Assembly: GCA_035541575.1 (NCBI GenBank)
Contig: DATKMZ010000036.1
Coordinates: forward strand, 486 to 64,485
Length of the DNA: 64,000 bases
Direction of reading: 5' to 3'
DNA from: Caulobacteraceae bacterium
GTDB lineage: Bacteria > Pseudomonadota > Alphaproteobacteria > Caulobacterales > Caulobacteraceae
A model generated the notes under the pieces. That model was not told the origin of the DNA and did no database searches. It saw only the letters and a list, made by a program, of their open reading frames with translations. The position numbers and the translations under genes are program-made. Positions 1 to 6,871 of this stretch are shown one piece after another (within the stretch, counting starts at the first letter, position 1; every line of letters starts with the position of its first letter).

Positions 1-387
1 AAGCCCGGCGTAGACCTCGGCGTAGACCGCCTCGTAGCGCCGCGCGTAGGGTCCGCCTGGGCGAACGTCCGCGCCGCCGCCCGTCAGGCCGACGTCCCAC
101 GCGGTCTCGCCGATCCGGTGCGCATAGCCGACGTAGGCGGTGTAGCTCAGCGCGTCGCGATCGATGGCGCTCGCGCCGGTGACGCCCGCGTAGAGGCCGC
201 TGGGCGCATCGTAGCTCAGCGTGACGCCGATCGCGGGCCTTCCCTCGCTGAGGGAGACGCCCCGGTAGCGATTGTCGGACTGGAACTCGGCCTGGATCGC
301 AACTTGCGCCGCGGCCGGCGTCGTAGCGGCGAGCGCAAGGCCCGCCCAGATCGCGCCCAGCCAAAGCGGGCGCGGCCCCAACGTCAC
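1..387 (-). CDS. TorF-family (TIGR02001-like) putative outer-membrane porin, 3' end runs off the window
   Basis: Not in the ORF track. Manual translation from GTG at 387, which overlaps the TGA of the upstream subtilase (GTGA): MTLGPRPLWLGAIWAGLALAATTPAAAQVAIQAEFQSDNRYRGVSLSEGRPAIGVTLSYDAPSGLYAG. Signal peptide plus the SDxRYRGVSLS..PA motif typical of this family. Confidence 0.8.
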   Translation of the reverse strand, partial: MTLGPRPLWLGAIWAGLALAATTPAAAQVAIQAEFQSDNRYRGVSLSEGRPAIGVTLSYDAPSGLYAGVTGASAIDRDALSYTAYVGYAHRIGETAWDVGLTGGGADVRPGGPYARRYEAVYAEVYAGL

Positions 388-1610
388 TCGCGACGGCCCG
401 GGTCGAACGCCGCCTCGCGCAGCGGCGCGGCCGCGCATCTGTGGCCCGGGCCGAGCAGCGTCGCGCAGGCGTCGATAGCTCCGCCCGTCGGCGCTGTGGC
501 CAGCCTCAGCGGCGAGATGGGCGTGCGCTGGCGTATGAGCGCGACGAGGCCGCTGACGTGCGCGGCGGCGAACGAACTGCCGTTCACCAGCGCCCATTGG
601 CCGCCGGGCGTCGTGGTCGGCACCCCTTCCCCAGGCGCGGCGTAGACGCCGGCGGGCGCGCGGCCGGCCGCCTCGTCGGCGACTGCGATGACGCCAGGAT
701 GCGAGGCCGGGAAGCCGCCCGCCGGCAGCGCGGCGTCGAACGCCGCGACGGTGACGATGCGGCGCGCGTGGGCGATGTCGAGCAGCTTGCCGAGCAGCAG
801 GTCCGGCGGGCCGGCGATGCTGAGGTTCACCACCTGCGCGCTGTGGTCGATCGCGAAGCTGAGCGCCTTGGCGAGGCTCAAGGAGTCGCAAACGGTGTCA
901 CCCGCCGGCTCCTGCCAGCAGGCGCGCAGGGCCATCAGGCGCGAGCCCGGGGCCACGCCGGCGATGCCGACGCCGCGCGCGGCGATCACGCCGGCGACCG
1001 CGGTGCCGTGCCGTTCGGGCGTCTCGCCGTGGCCGGCGGCGAAGTTCTGGCTGACCGCGACCTGGCCGATGAGGTCGGGGTGTTCGCGGTCGACCATGCT
1101 GTCCACCACGGCCACGCGCACGTTGCGGCCGGTCGAGACGGTGTGGAGCAGCGCCAGGCGCCACTCCTTCGCCGCGGGCTGCGCCAGGAAGAGGCGGCCC
1201 TGCGGGGCCACGACGCCCTGGCCGCGGTAGAGGTTCATCGCCTGCGACCAGGCCACGGCCGGGTCGTGCGACAGGTGTTCGGCCATCTCGACCGTCGACT
1301 TGCCGGGCGGGGCGACAAACACGAAGCAGTCGACGCCGACCAGGGGCATCGGCCAGTTGTCGGCGACGGTCAGGCCGTTCTCGCGCGCCAGGCGGTCGGC
1401 GATCCGCCGCCGTGCGTTCTGGTCGGCGCCGCCGCCGTAGCCGCCGCCGAAGTCGGCGTTGGGGCTGGCGTGTTCGGGTGGCAGGCGCAGCATCACCAGC
1501 ACTTCGCGGCCGGGATCGGTCGGCTCGGCCGCGTTGGCGAGCGCCGTTCCGCCGGCGAGGACGAGGGCGCACGCCGCAACCCAGCCGCTGATGTGGGCCA
1601 GAAGTCTCAT
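384..1610 (-). CDS. Secreted S8 (subtilisin-family) serine peptidase
   Basis: Triad motifs VAVVDSMVD, RHGTAVAGVI and NGSSFAAAHVSG. Signal peptide MRLLAHISGW..ALANA. ATG 1610 overlaps the anti-sigma stop (ATGA). The ORF-track extension to 1949 is spurious. Confidence 0.9.
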   Translation of the reverse strand: MRLLAHISGWVAACALVLAGGTALANAAEPTDPGREVLVMLRLPPEHASPNADFGGGYGGGADQNARRRIADRLARENGLTVADNWPMPLVGVDCFVFVAPPGKSTVEMAEHLSHDPAVAWSQAMNLYRGQGVVAPQGRLFLAQPAAKEWRLALLHTVSTGRNVRVAVVDSMVDREHPDLIGQVAVSQNFAAGHGETPERHGTAVAGVIAARGVGIAGVAPGSRLMALRACWQEPAGDTVCDSLSLAKALSFAIDHSAQVVNLSIAGPPDLLLGKLLDIAHARRIVTVAAFDAALPAGGFPASHPGVIAVADEAAGRAPAGVYAAPGEGVPTTTPGGQWALVNGSSFAAAHVSGLVALIRQRTPISPLRLATAPTGGAIDACATLLGPGHRCAAAPLREAAFDPGRRE

Positions 1611-2251
1611 GGCGTGTCTCCCGCGATCGGCTCGGCCAGCGCGACGGCGGAACTGGCGCGCAGCGCCTTGAGCGCGGCTTCGCGCTGCGGCCGCGCGACG
1701 CGCAACGCGAAGGCGTCGGCGCCGTTCGGGCCCTCGGCGATCTGCGCGCCGCTGGCCCGCAAGACCTGGGCGATGTCTGCCGCTCGGGCCTCGGGCCTGA
1801 ACACCACCAGCACGTCGGCCGGCGGGCTCGGCGTGGGGCTGCTCAGAGCATGGAAGCGGGCAGGCGGCTCTGGCGCCGCGGCCTTCTGTGCGGGGACGGC
1901 GAGGAGGGCGACGATCGCCACGCCGGCGGCCGCGGTCCAGCCGAGCCAAGGCGTCCGCCAGGCCCTGACGGCCGCTCCGCGCGCCGCGGCGAAGGGGCCG
2001 CGCGGCGTTTCCGCCTCAGCTACACGGCGGCGCATGGCCTCCCATCCGCGCTCGATGTCGAGGGGCAGGGCGCCGACCTCGGCCTCGAGCCGCTGCTCGA
2101 GCAGAAGGTCCGCGCGGCACTTGGCGCAGGTCTCCAGGTGCGCAGCGACGCGCGCCCGCTCGTCGGCCTCCAGCCGGCCGGTCACGTACCAGGGCAACAG
2201 GAGCTGCGTGTCCTGGCAACGGTCGCCGGGGAGGCGGATCACCTTGCCCAT
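1607..2251 (-). CDS. Zinc-binding (zf-HC2/ZAS) transmembrane anti-sigma factor
   Basis: LLPWYVTGRL..HLETCAKC (HxxxCxxC), one TM segment (WLGWTAAAGVAIVALLAV) and a small C-terminal periplasmic domain. Lies directly downstream of an ECF sigma gene. Confidence 0.9.
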   Translation of the reverse strand: MGKVIRLPGDRCQDTQLLLPWYVTGRLEADERARVAAHLETCAKCRADLLLEQRLEAEVGALPLDIERGWEAMRRRVAEAETPRGPFAAARGAAVRAWRTPWLGWTAAAGVAIVALLAVPAQKAAAPEPPARFHALSSPTPSPPADVLVVFRPEARAADIAQVLRASGAQIAEGPNGADAFALRVARPQREAALKALRASSAVALAEPIAGDTP

Positions 2252-2258
2252 CGCCGCA

Positions 2259-2861
2259 TCAGAGCCAGTCGGCCAGCCGGCCGGGCAGCTTGTCGCGGAG
2301 GCGGCGGCGTGCGTGGAACATGCGGGTCTTCACAGTGTCCACCGGACAGTCCATCAGCTCGGCGATCTCGCGGTAGCCGATCTCGTGGAAGTAGGTGAGG
2401 TCGACGACCGCGCGGTGGTCGGCCGAAAGGCCGCCGATCGCGTCCAGCAATAGCTCCTGCACCTGGCGGCGGCCGAGCTGCTGCTCGGGTCCCGCCTCGC
2501 CGCTGGGGCGCAGGTCCGCGTCGAGATCCTCGACCGGCTCGTCGTGGCGGCTCAGCGCCTTCAGCGCCTTGCGGTAAGCGATGGCGAAGATCCAGGTCGA
2601 GACCTTGCTGCGGCCGTTGTAGCGCTCCGGCTGCTTCCAGACGACGAGCATGGTGTCGTTCAGCACTTCTTCCACCAGGTGCGGGCGGCGCAGGATCACG
2701 TTCAGGAAGCGCGTCAGGCGGGGATGGTAGTCGCGGTACAGCGTCTCGAACGCACGCAGGTCCTTGGCGCCGATGCGCTCGAGGAGCCGCACGTCGTCGG
2801 ACGCACGCTCCTGCGAGGTCGCCCCGGTCGCGCCGCTGGCCGCACCCTGCCTGCCGAACAT
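2259..2861 (-). CDS. ECF RNA polymerase sigma-70 factor
   Basis: Region 2 AFETLYRDY..EEVLNDTMLVVW..KVSTWIFAIAYRK and region 4 REIAELMDCPVDTVKTRMFHARRRL. Confidence 0.95.
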   Translation of the reverse strand: MFGRQGAASGATGATSQERASDDVRLLERIGAKDLRAFETLYRDYHPRLTRFLNVILRRPHLVEEVLNDTMLVVWKQPERYNGRSKVSTWIFAIAYRKALKALSRHDEPVEDLDADLRPSGEAGPEQQLGRRQVQELLLDAIGGLSADHRAVVDLTYFHEIGYREIAELMDCPVDTVKTRMFHARRRLRDKLPGRLADWL

Positions 2862-2886
2862 CCAATGTCCCTACACTACGGACGGT

Positions 2887-2914
2887 AGTTCCCGGTCCGG
2901 GCCACAAGGTTCAA
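2887..2914 (-). promoter_or_regulatory. Putative ECF autoregulatory promoter TTGAACC-N15-GGAACT
   Basis: Minus strand: TTGAACC ttgtggcccggaccg GGAACT, ending 26 nt before the sigma ATG. The same motif occurs at 4819-4846 and 4903-4930. Confidence 0.75.
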
Positions 2915-2955
2915 TCCCGCCGGGCCGCGAAGTGTAGGCCAACCGCGCCGGCGCG

Positions 2956-3354
2956 TCACTTCAGCGAGCCGAGATAGGCGATCAGCTGGTCGAGCTGCTG
3001 CGGACTCTTCAGGCCCGGATAGGTCATCTTCACCCCGGGCAGGTAGCGCTGCGGCGCCGGCAGGTAAGCGCGAAGGCGGTCGGGGGTCCAGGCGAAACCG
3101 GCGTGCTTCATCGTCGTCGAGTAGGCGAACCCCGCGATAGATCCCGCGGGCCGCCCCACGACGCCGAACAGCGGTGGGCCGATCAGGGCCGGGCGGCTCC
3201 GCGCGTCCGAGTGACAGGAACTGCACTGGGAGGCGAACACGCCCCGGCCGGCGGCGGCGTCGGCGACGGGGCCTGGCGAGGCGAGGGCGGACGCTGGGGT
3301 GACGGCGGCGAGCATCACGGCGCCGAGCGCCGCGCGAACTAGAACGCGGTCCAT
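2956..3354 (-). CDS. Periplasmic class I c-type cytochrome (cytochrome c2 family)
   Basis: MDRVLVRAALGAVMLAA.. signal peptide, CSSCH heme motif, IGPPLFGVVGRPAGS, distal Met in PGVKMTY. The start overlaps the upstream gene end by 16 nt. Confidence 0.9.
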   Translation of the reverse strand: MDRVLVRAALGAVMLAAVTPASALASPGPVADAAAGRGVFASQCSSCHSDARSRPALIGPPLFGVVGRPAGSIAGFAYSTTMKHAGFAWTPDRLRAYLPAPQRYLPGVKMTYPGLKSPQQLDQLIAYLGSLK

Positions 3355-4682
3355 GTGAAGAGCCTCAAGGTGTTGATGTCGGACGCCCGACGCCCTGCTC
3401 CGTCGAAATCCGTGCTCGCGCCGGCGAAGCGCGTGTAGGCCGTGTACTGAAGGCCGACGCGCAGGTTCAGCCGCCGCTTCGGCTGCGCATCGCCGCCGAA
3501 CGGCGTGCCGTCGATCTGCACCATGACGCCGCTCGTGTCCGGCCGCGCCGTGCGGCTGGCGGCGTAGAGCAGCGGATCGGCTGAACCGCTGGTGTCGAAC
3601 CCGGCCACCGTCAGGCCGATCTTGTTTCGCCAGTAGTAGGCGACGTCGCCGCGCACGTCGTCGAGGACGTCGTGCGCGTTGGCGGCAAGGCCCAGCGGCT
3701 GCGAGGCTCTCAGATCCTGACGTTCGTGCGTGAAGCGGGCGTTGAGGGTGACGACATCGCCGTTCGAGAGCGCGATGTAGTCCGACGCGTCGATTCCTGC
3801 GTCCGTGAGGACGTCGCTGACCCCCGCGCTGCGGTCCCGGGCGGGGAAGACGCCGGCCCGCAGGAAGAAGGCGCCGCCCTCCAGCGTCTGCTCGCCGAAC
3901 GTCTTCTGCCAGGCGAAGCGGGCGTAGGGGGCGAAGCCATCGATGTCGCCCGGACCGATCGGGTCGGCGCCAACGTTGCGCAGGAAGCGCGTGCTCGGCG
4001 AGCCGTAGGCGCCGGCCTCGAGGTAGACTTCGGAGTCCACCCAGGCGTAGCCGGTGAGGCCGATCACTTCCTGGGCCAGCGCGCCTGAGACCAGCGGCGC
4101 GGCCGGCGCCGACGGCGCGAGCGCGGAGTCGGTGTAAGGGTAACCCCACGCCGGCAGCGTATTCCAAGGGTCCTGGACCGTCGGATTGTTGTTGAGGCTC
4201 GCGCCGAAAAGGACGGTGGAATCGCCGAAGCTCTTCGTGGTCACCGCGCGCAGATCGGCGTTGTCCCAGCTGAAGCTTTCGCCGACGCCGTCGTAGGTGA
4301 CCTGCGCAAACGCGCCGAGATGCTGCCCCGCGCCGCCGGCGATGAACACGCTCACCTGGTCGAGCGCGACGTTGTTGTTGTCGTGGAAGCCGGGCGGCGG
4401 TCCGTCCTGGTCCTTCTGCGTGTTCAGGTACGAGGCGACCGCCATCACCGCGAGCGGGACGTTGATCGGGCCGGTGCGCGTCGTGTAGCCGCCGATCTTG
4501 AAGTTGCGGCCGTAAGGCGTGAGCTGAGGGCCGAAGCCCCCCACGTGGCAGGCCTGACACGGCTGGCCGGTCTGGGCCGCGAACGCCGGCACTGCGTGCG
4601 CCGGACCGGCGAGGACGAGGATCGCTCCGGCGCAGATCGCACCGGCGATGCGAAAATCAAAATCCACCCGTCGCGACCACAT
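3339..4682 (-). CDS. Cyc2-like fused monoheme cytochrome / outer-membrane beta-barrel
   Basis: After the signal peptide (AHA): VPAFAAQTGQPCQACHVGGFGPQLTPYGRNFKIGGY, matching the Cyc2 N-terminal pattern PxFARQTGxxCxxCH..PQLTPxGRxFK..G(Y/F). The remainder is Tyr/Trp-rich beta-strands ending in Phe (WTAF). The start may instead be GTG 4667. Confidence 0.8.
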   Translation of the reverse strand: MWSRRVDFDFRIAGAICAGAILVLAGPAHAVPAFAAQTGQPCQACHVGGFGPQLTPYGRNFKIGGYTTRTGPINVPLAVMAVASYLNTQKDQDGPPPGFHDNNNVALDQVSVFIAGGAGQHLGAFAQVTYDGVGESFSWDNADLRAVTTKSFGDSTVLFGASLNNNPTVQDPWNTLPAWGYPYTDSALAPSAPAAPLVSGALAQEVIGLTGYAWVDSEVYLEAGAYGSPSTRFLRNVGADPIGPGDIDGFAPYARFAWQKTFGEQTLEGGAFFLRAGVFPARDRSAGVSDVLTDAGIDASDYIALSNGDVVTLNARFTHERQDLRASQPLGLAANAHDVLDDVRGDVAYYWRNKIGLTVAGFDTSGSADPLLYAASRTARPDTSGVMVQIDGTPFGGDAQPKRRLNLRVGLQYTAYTRFAGASTDFDGAGRRASDINTLRLFTWTAF

Positions 4683-4818
4683 CTATTGGTCTCGCCAAAT
4701 AAGCTCTGCTTCTGGACTGTCGATCACCACCGCTCGGGGAGGTTACAACCAGCTAGTCGGAACGAAGTACGGTCATCGATCGCTGGATAACCTCCGAGGG
4801 TGCTGCGTCTGCGGCGTC

Positions 4819-4846
4819 AATACCCGCTACGCGCGAAACGGTTCAA
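4819..4846 (-). promoter_or_regulatory. Putative ECF promoter for the cyc2-like operon, TTGAACC-N15-GGTATT
   Basis: Minus strand: TTGAACC gtttcgcgcgtagcg GGTATT gac, about 140 nt upstream of the 4682 start. Confidence 0.65.
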
Positions 4847-4902
4847 ACGCGCGGATGGGGTGACGCGCGGTGGCGGAGGGCCGCTGTTTTTCGCCATCTG
4901 GT

Positions 4903-4930
4903 TTGAACCGTGGCCGCTCAGACGGGAATC
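4903..4930 (+). promoter_or_regulatory. Putative ECF promoter for the TIGR03118 operon, TTGAACC-N15-GGAATC
   Basis: Plus strand: TTGAACC gtggccgctcagacg GGAATC gac, 92 nt upstream of ATG 5023. Confidence 0.7.
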
Positions 4931-5022
4931 GACGGGCGCTGATCCCGCTTCGCGCGGCGGAGATCGGGGGGCTCAAGCGCGCCGAGGCGGCCCGTCGAAG
5001 CGAGGTTGGAGAGGAGCCCCCG

Positions 5023-6156
5023 ATGAAAACTGCAGCCGCACTCGCAAGCCTGGCCCTGGGCCTGATGGCTACCAGCGCGCTGGCGACGCCACGACCGCTC
5101 AGCGACGCGCAGCTGAGCGGCATCGTCGCCGGCGCGAACTTCATTGTCATCGACGAGATTTCCGACACCAACACGGTGGGCGCCAATCCGCCCGACGGCG
5201 CGCTGGTCAACGCCTGGGGCCTGTCGGAATTCCCGGATGGCGGCCCGCTGTGGGTCTCCAACAACGGCTCCGGCACGTCGACGTTCTACAACTTCAACAC
5301 GTTCGCGAAGGTCGGCCAGATCACCGTGCCCGGCTCAGGCGGCGCGCAGGGTGTGCCGACCGGCACTGTGTTCACCAGCGTCAAGGGCGACGACTTCGCC
5401 GTCACCGAGAACGGCAAGACCAGCCACAGCTTCTTCCTGTTCGATGGCGAGGACGGCACGATCTCCGGCTGGACGCCGGCGGTCGACCCCGGTTCGGCGG
5501 TCATCGCGGTCGACCAGTCGATGAGCGGCGCGGTGTTCAAGGGCCTGGCGATCGACGTGGACGCGTCCGAGCACCAGGACCGCCTGTTCGCCGCGGACTT
5601 CGTCCAGAACAAGGTCGAGGTGTTCAACGGCAAGTTCCAGCAGATCGGTTCGTTCACCGACAATTCGCTGCCGGCCGGCTATGCGCCGTTCAACGTCCAG
5701 GTGCTGCACGACAAGGTCTACGTAGCGTTCGCGCTGCGGGGCGACGGACTCGACGAGCAGCATGGCGCCGGTCTCGGCTTCGTCGAGGTGTTCAACGAGC
5801 ACGGCGTGAAGATCAAGACGCTGGTCTCCGGCGGGCCGCTCAACGCGCCGTGGGGCCTGACGATAGCGCCCAAGAGCTTCGGCAAGTTCGCCGGCGCGCT
5901 GCTCGTCGGCAACTTCGGCGATGGCAAGATCAACGCCTTCAACCCGAACACCGGCGAGTTCCTCGGCACGCTGAGCTCGCCCGGCGGCGCGCCGGTCTCG
6001 ATCGACGGTCTCTGGGCGTTGCGTAACGGACCTGACGGTTCGGTCGTATTCTCTTCCGGTCCTGACGATGAAAACCATGGCCTGGTCGGCGTCATCCGAC
6101 CCAGCTGGGCCAAGGCGTCCTGGGCGTACCAGTCGCACGTCGTCATGGGCCACTAG
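5023..6156 (+). CDS. Secreted TIGR03118-family protein (probable beta-propeller) with a double-glycine-type leader and no PEP-CTERM tail
   Basis: SD gaggag, then MKTAAALASL.. signal peptide. Family motifs LVNAWGL, PTGTVF, GEDGTISGW, FKGLAI, LPAGYAPFNVQ, PLNAPWGL, LLVGNFGDGKINAF, IDGLWAL. Confidence 0.85.
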   Translation: MKTAAALASLALGLMATSALATPRPLSDAQLSGIVAGANFIVIDEISDTNTVGANPPDGALVNAWGLSEFPDGGPLWVSNNGSGTSTFYNFNTFAKVGQITVPGSGGAQGVPTGTVFTSVKGDDFAVTENGKTSHSFFLFDGEDGTISGWTPAVDPGSAVIAVDQSMSGAVFKGLAIDVDASEHQDRLFAADFVQNKVEVFNGKFQQIGSFTDNSLPAGYAPFNVQVLHDKVYVAFALRGDGLDEQHGAGLGFVEVFNEHGVKIKTLVSGGPLNAPWGLTIAPKSFGKFAGALLVGNFGDGKINAFNPNTGEFLGTLSSPGGAPVSIDGLWALRNGPDGSVVFSSGPDDENHGLVGVIRPSWAKASWAYQSHVVMGH

Positions 6157-6169
6157 TCCTGGTCTGCCG

Positions 6170-6871
6170 GTGACCCGTCCCTCGCACGGGCGGACCAGTT
6201 CGGCCGCGTTCGCCATCGCTACAACCCTCGCGGCGGTGGCGAACGCGGCCGTAGTCTTCGCGGCGGCGCGCCCGGACGCGAAGCTGATCCATTCCCTCGC
6301 CGAGATCCGCAACGCGCAGGTGGTCCGCCAGGAGTGGGACCTCTCGTGCGGGGCTGCGGCCGTGGCCACGGTGCTCACCTACCAGCTGGGCCACGCCGTA
6401 ACCGAGCGGGAGGTAGCGCTCGCCCTGCTGCGGCGGACGACGCCGGCGCTGGTGCGCAGCCGTCAGGGATTCTCGCTGCTCGACCTCAAGATCTATGCGG
6501 CCACGCAAGGGTACGCGGCCGCCGGTTACGCCGACATGGATCTCCCCGACCTGGATGCCGCCGCGCCGGCGATCGTGCCGATCCGGTCGCACGGTTTCCG
6601 GCACTTCGTGGTCTACCGGGGCCGAGCCGGCGGCCTGGTGCTGGTGGCCGATCCGGCGTTCGGCAACCGGACGATGCCGGAGGCGGCGTTCCGCGAGGCA
6701 TGGGCCGGCGGCGTCGGCTTCGTCGTATTCGACCCGGCCGATCCGCACCCGCCCAATCGCATGGGCGCGCCGGCCGGGCTCTTTCTGGCAACGAGCGCCC
6801 AAGCGGAACGCCGCGCCGTCTTCGGCCCAGGGCCTGTCGTCGCCAGCAGTCCGGTGGGGAGCGCGCCATGA
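6170..6871 (+). CDS. Stand-alone periplasmic C39 cysteine peptidase (FapD-like)
   Basis: VVRQEWDLSCGAAA (Cys), FRHFVV (His), VADPAFGN (Asp), GFSLLDLK. N-terminal hydrophobic signal. GTG 6170 chosen as start, 13 nt after the upstream stop. Confidence 0.9.
   Translation: MTRPSHGRTSSAAFAIATTLAAVANAAVVFAAARPDAKLIHSLAEIRNAQVVRQEWDLSCGAAAVATVLTYQLGHAVTEREVALALLRRTTPALVRSRQGFSLLDLKIYAATQGYAAAGYADMDLPDLDAAAPAIVPIRSHGFRHFVVYRGRAGGLVLVADPAFGNRTMPEAAFREAWAGGVGFVVFDPADPHPPNRMGAPAGLFLATSAQAERRAVFGPGPVVASSPVGSAP

Noticed and set aside
441-2453. 670-aa plus-strand ORF, and many similar long Arg/Ala/Gly-rich ORFs throughout the window
   Set aside because: Antisense or off-frame shadows of genes with clear motifs. 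High GC suppresses stop codons.
2956-4560. 534-aa ORF suggesting a large cytochrome fusion
   Set aside because: Only the last 132 aa (from ATG 3354, with signal peptide) are protein-like. The rest is an off-frame overlap with the Cyc2-like gene.
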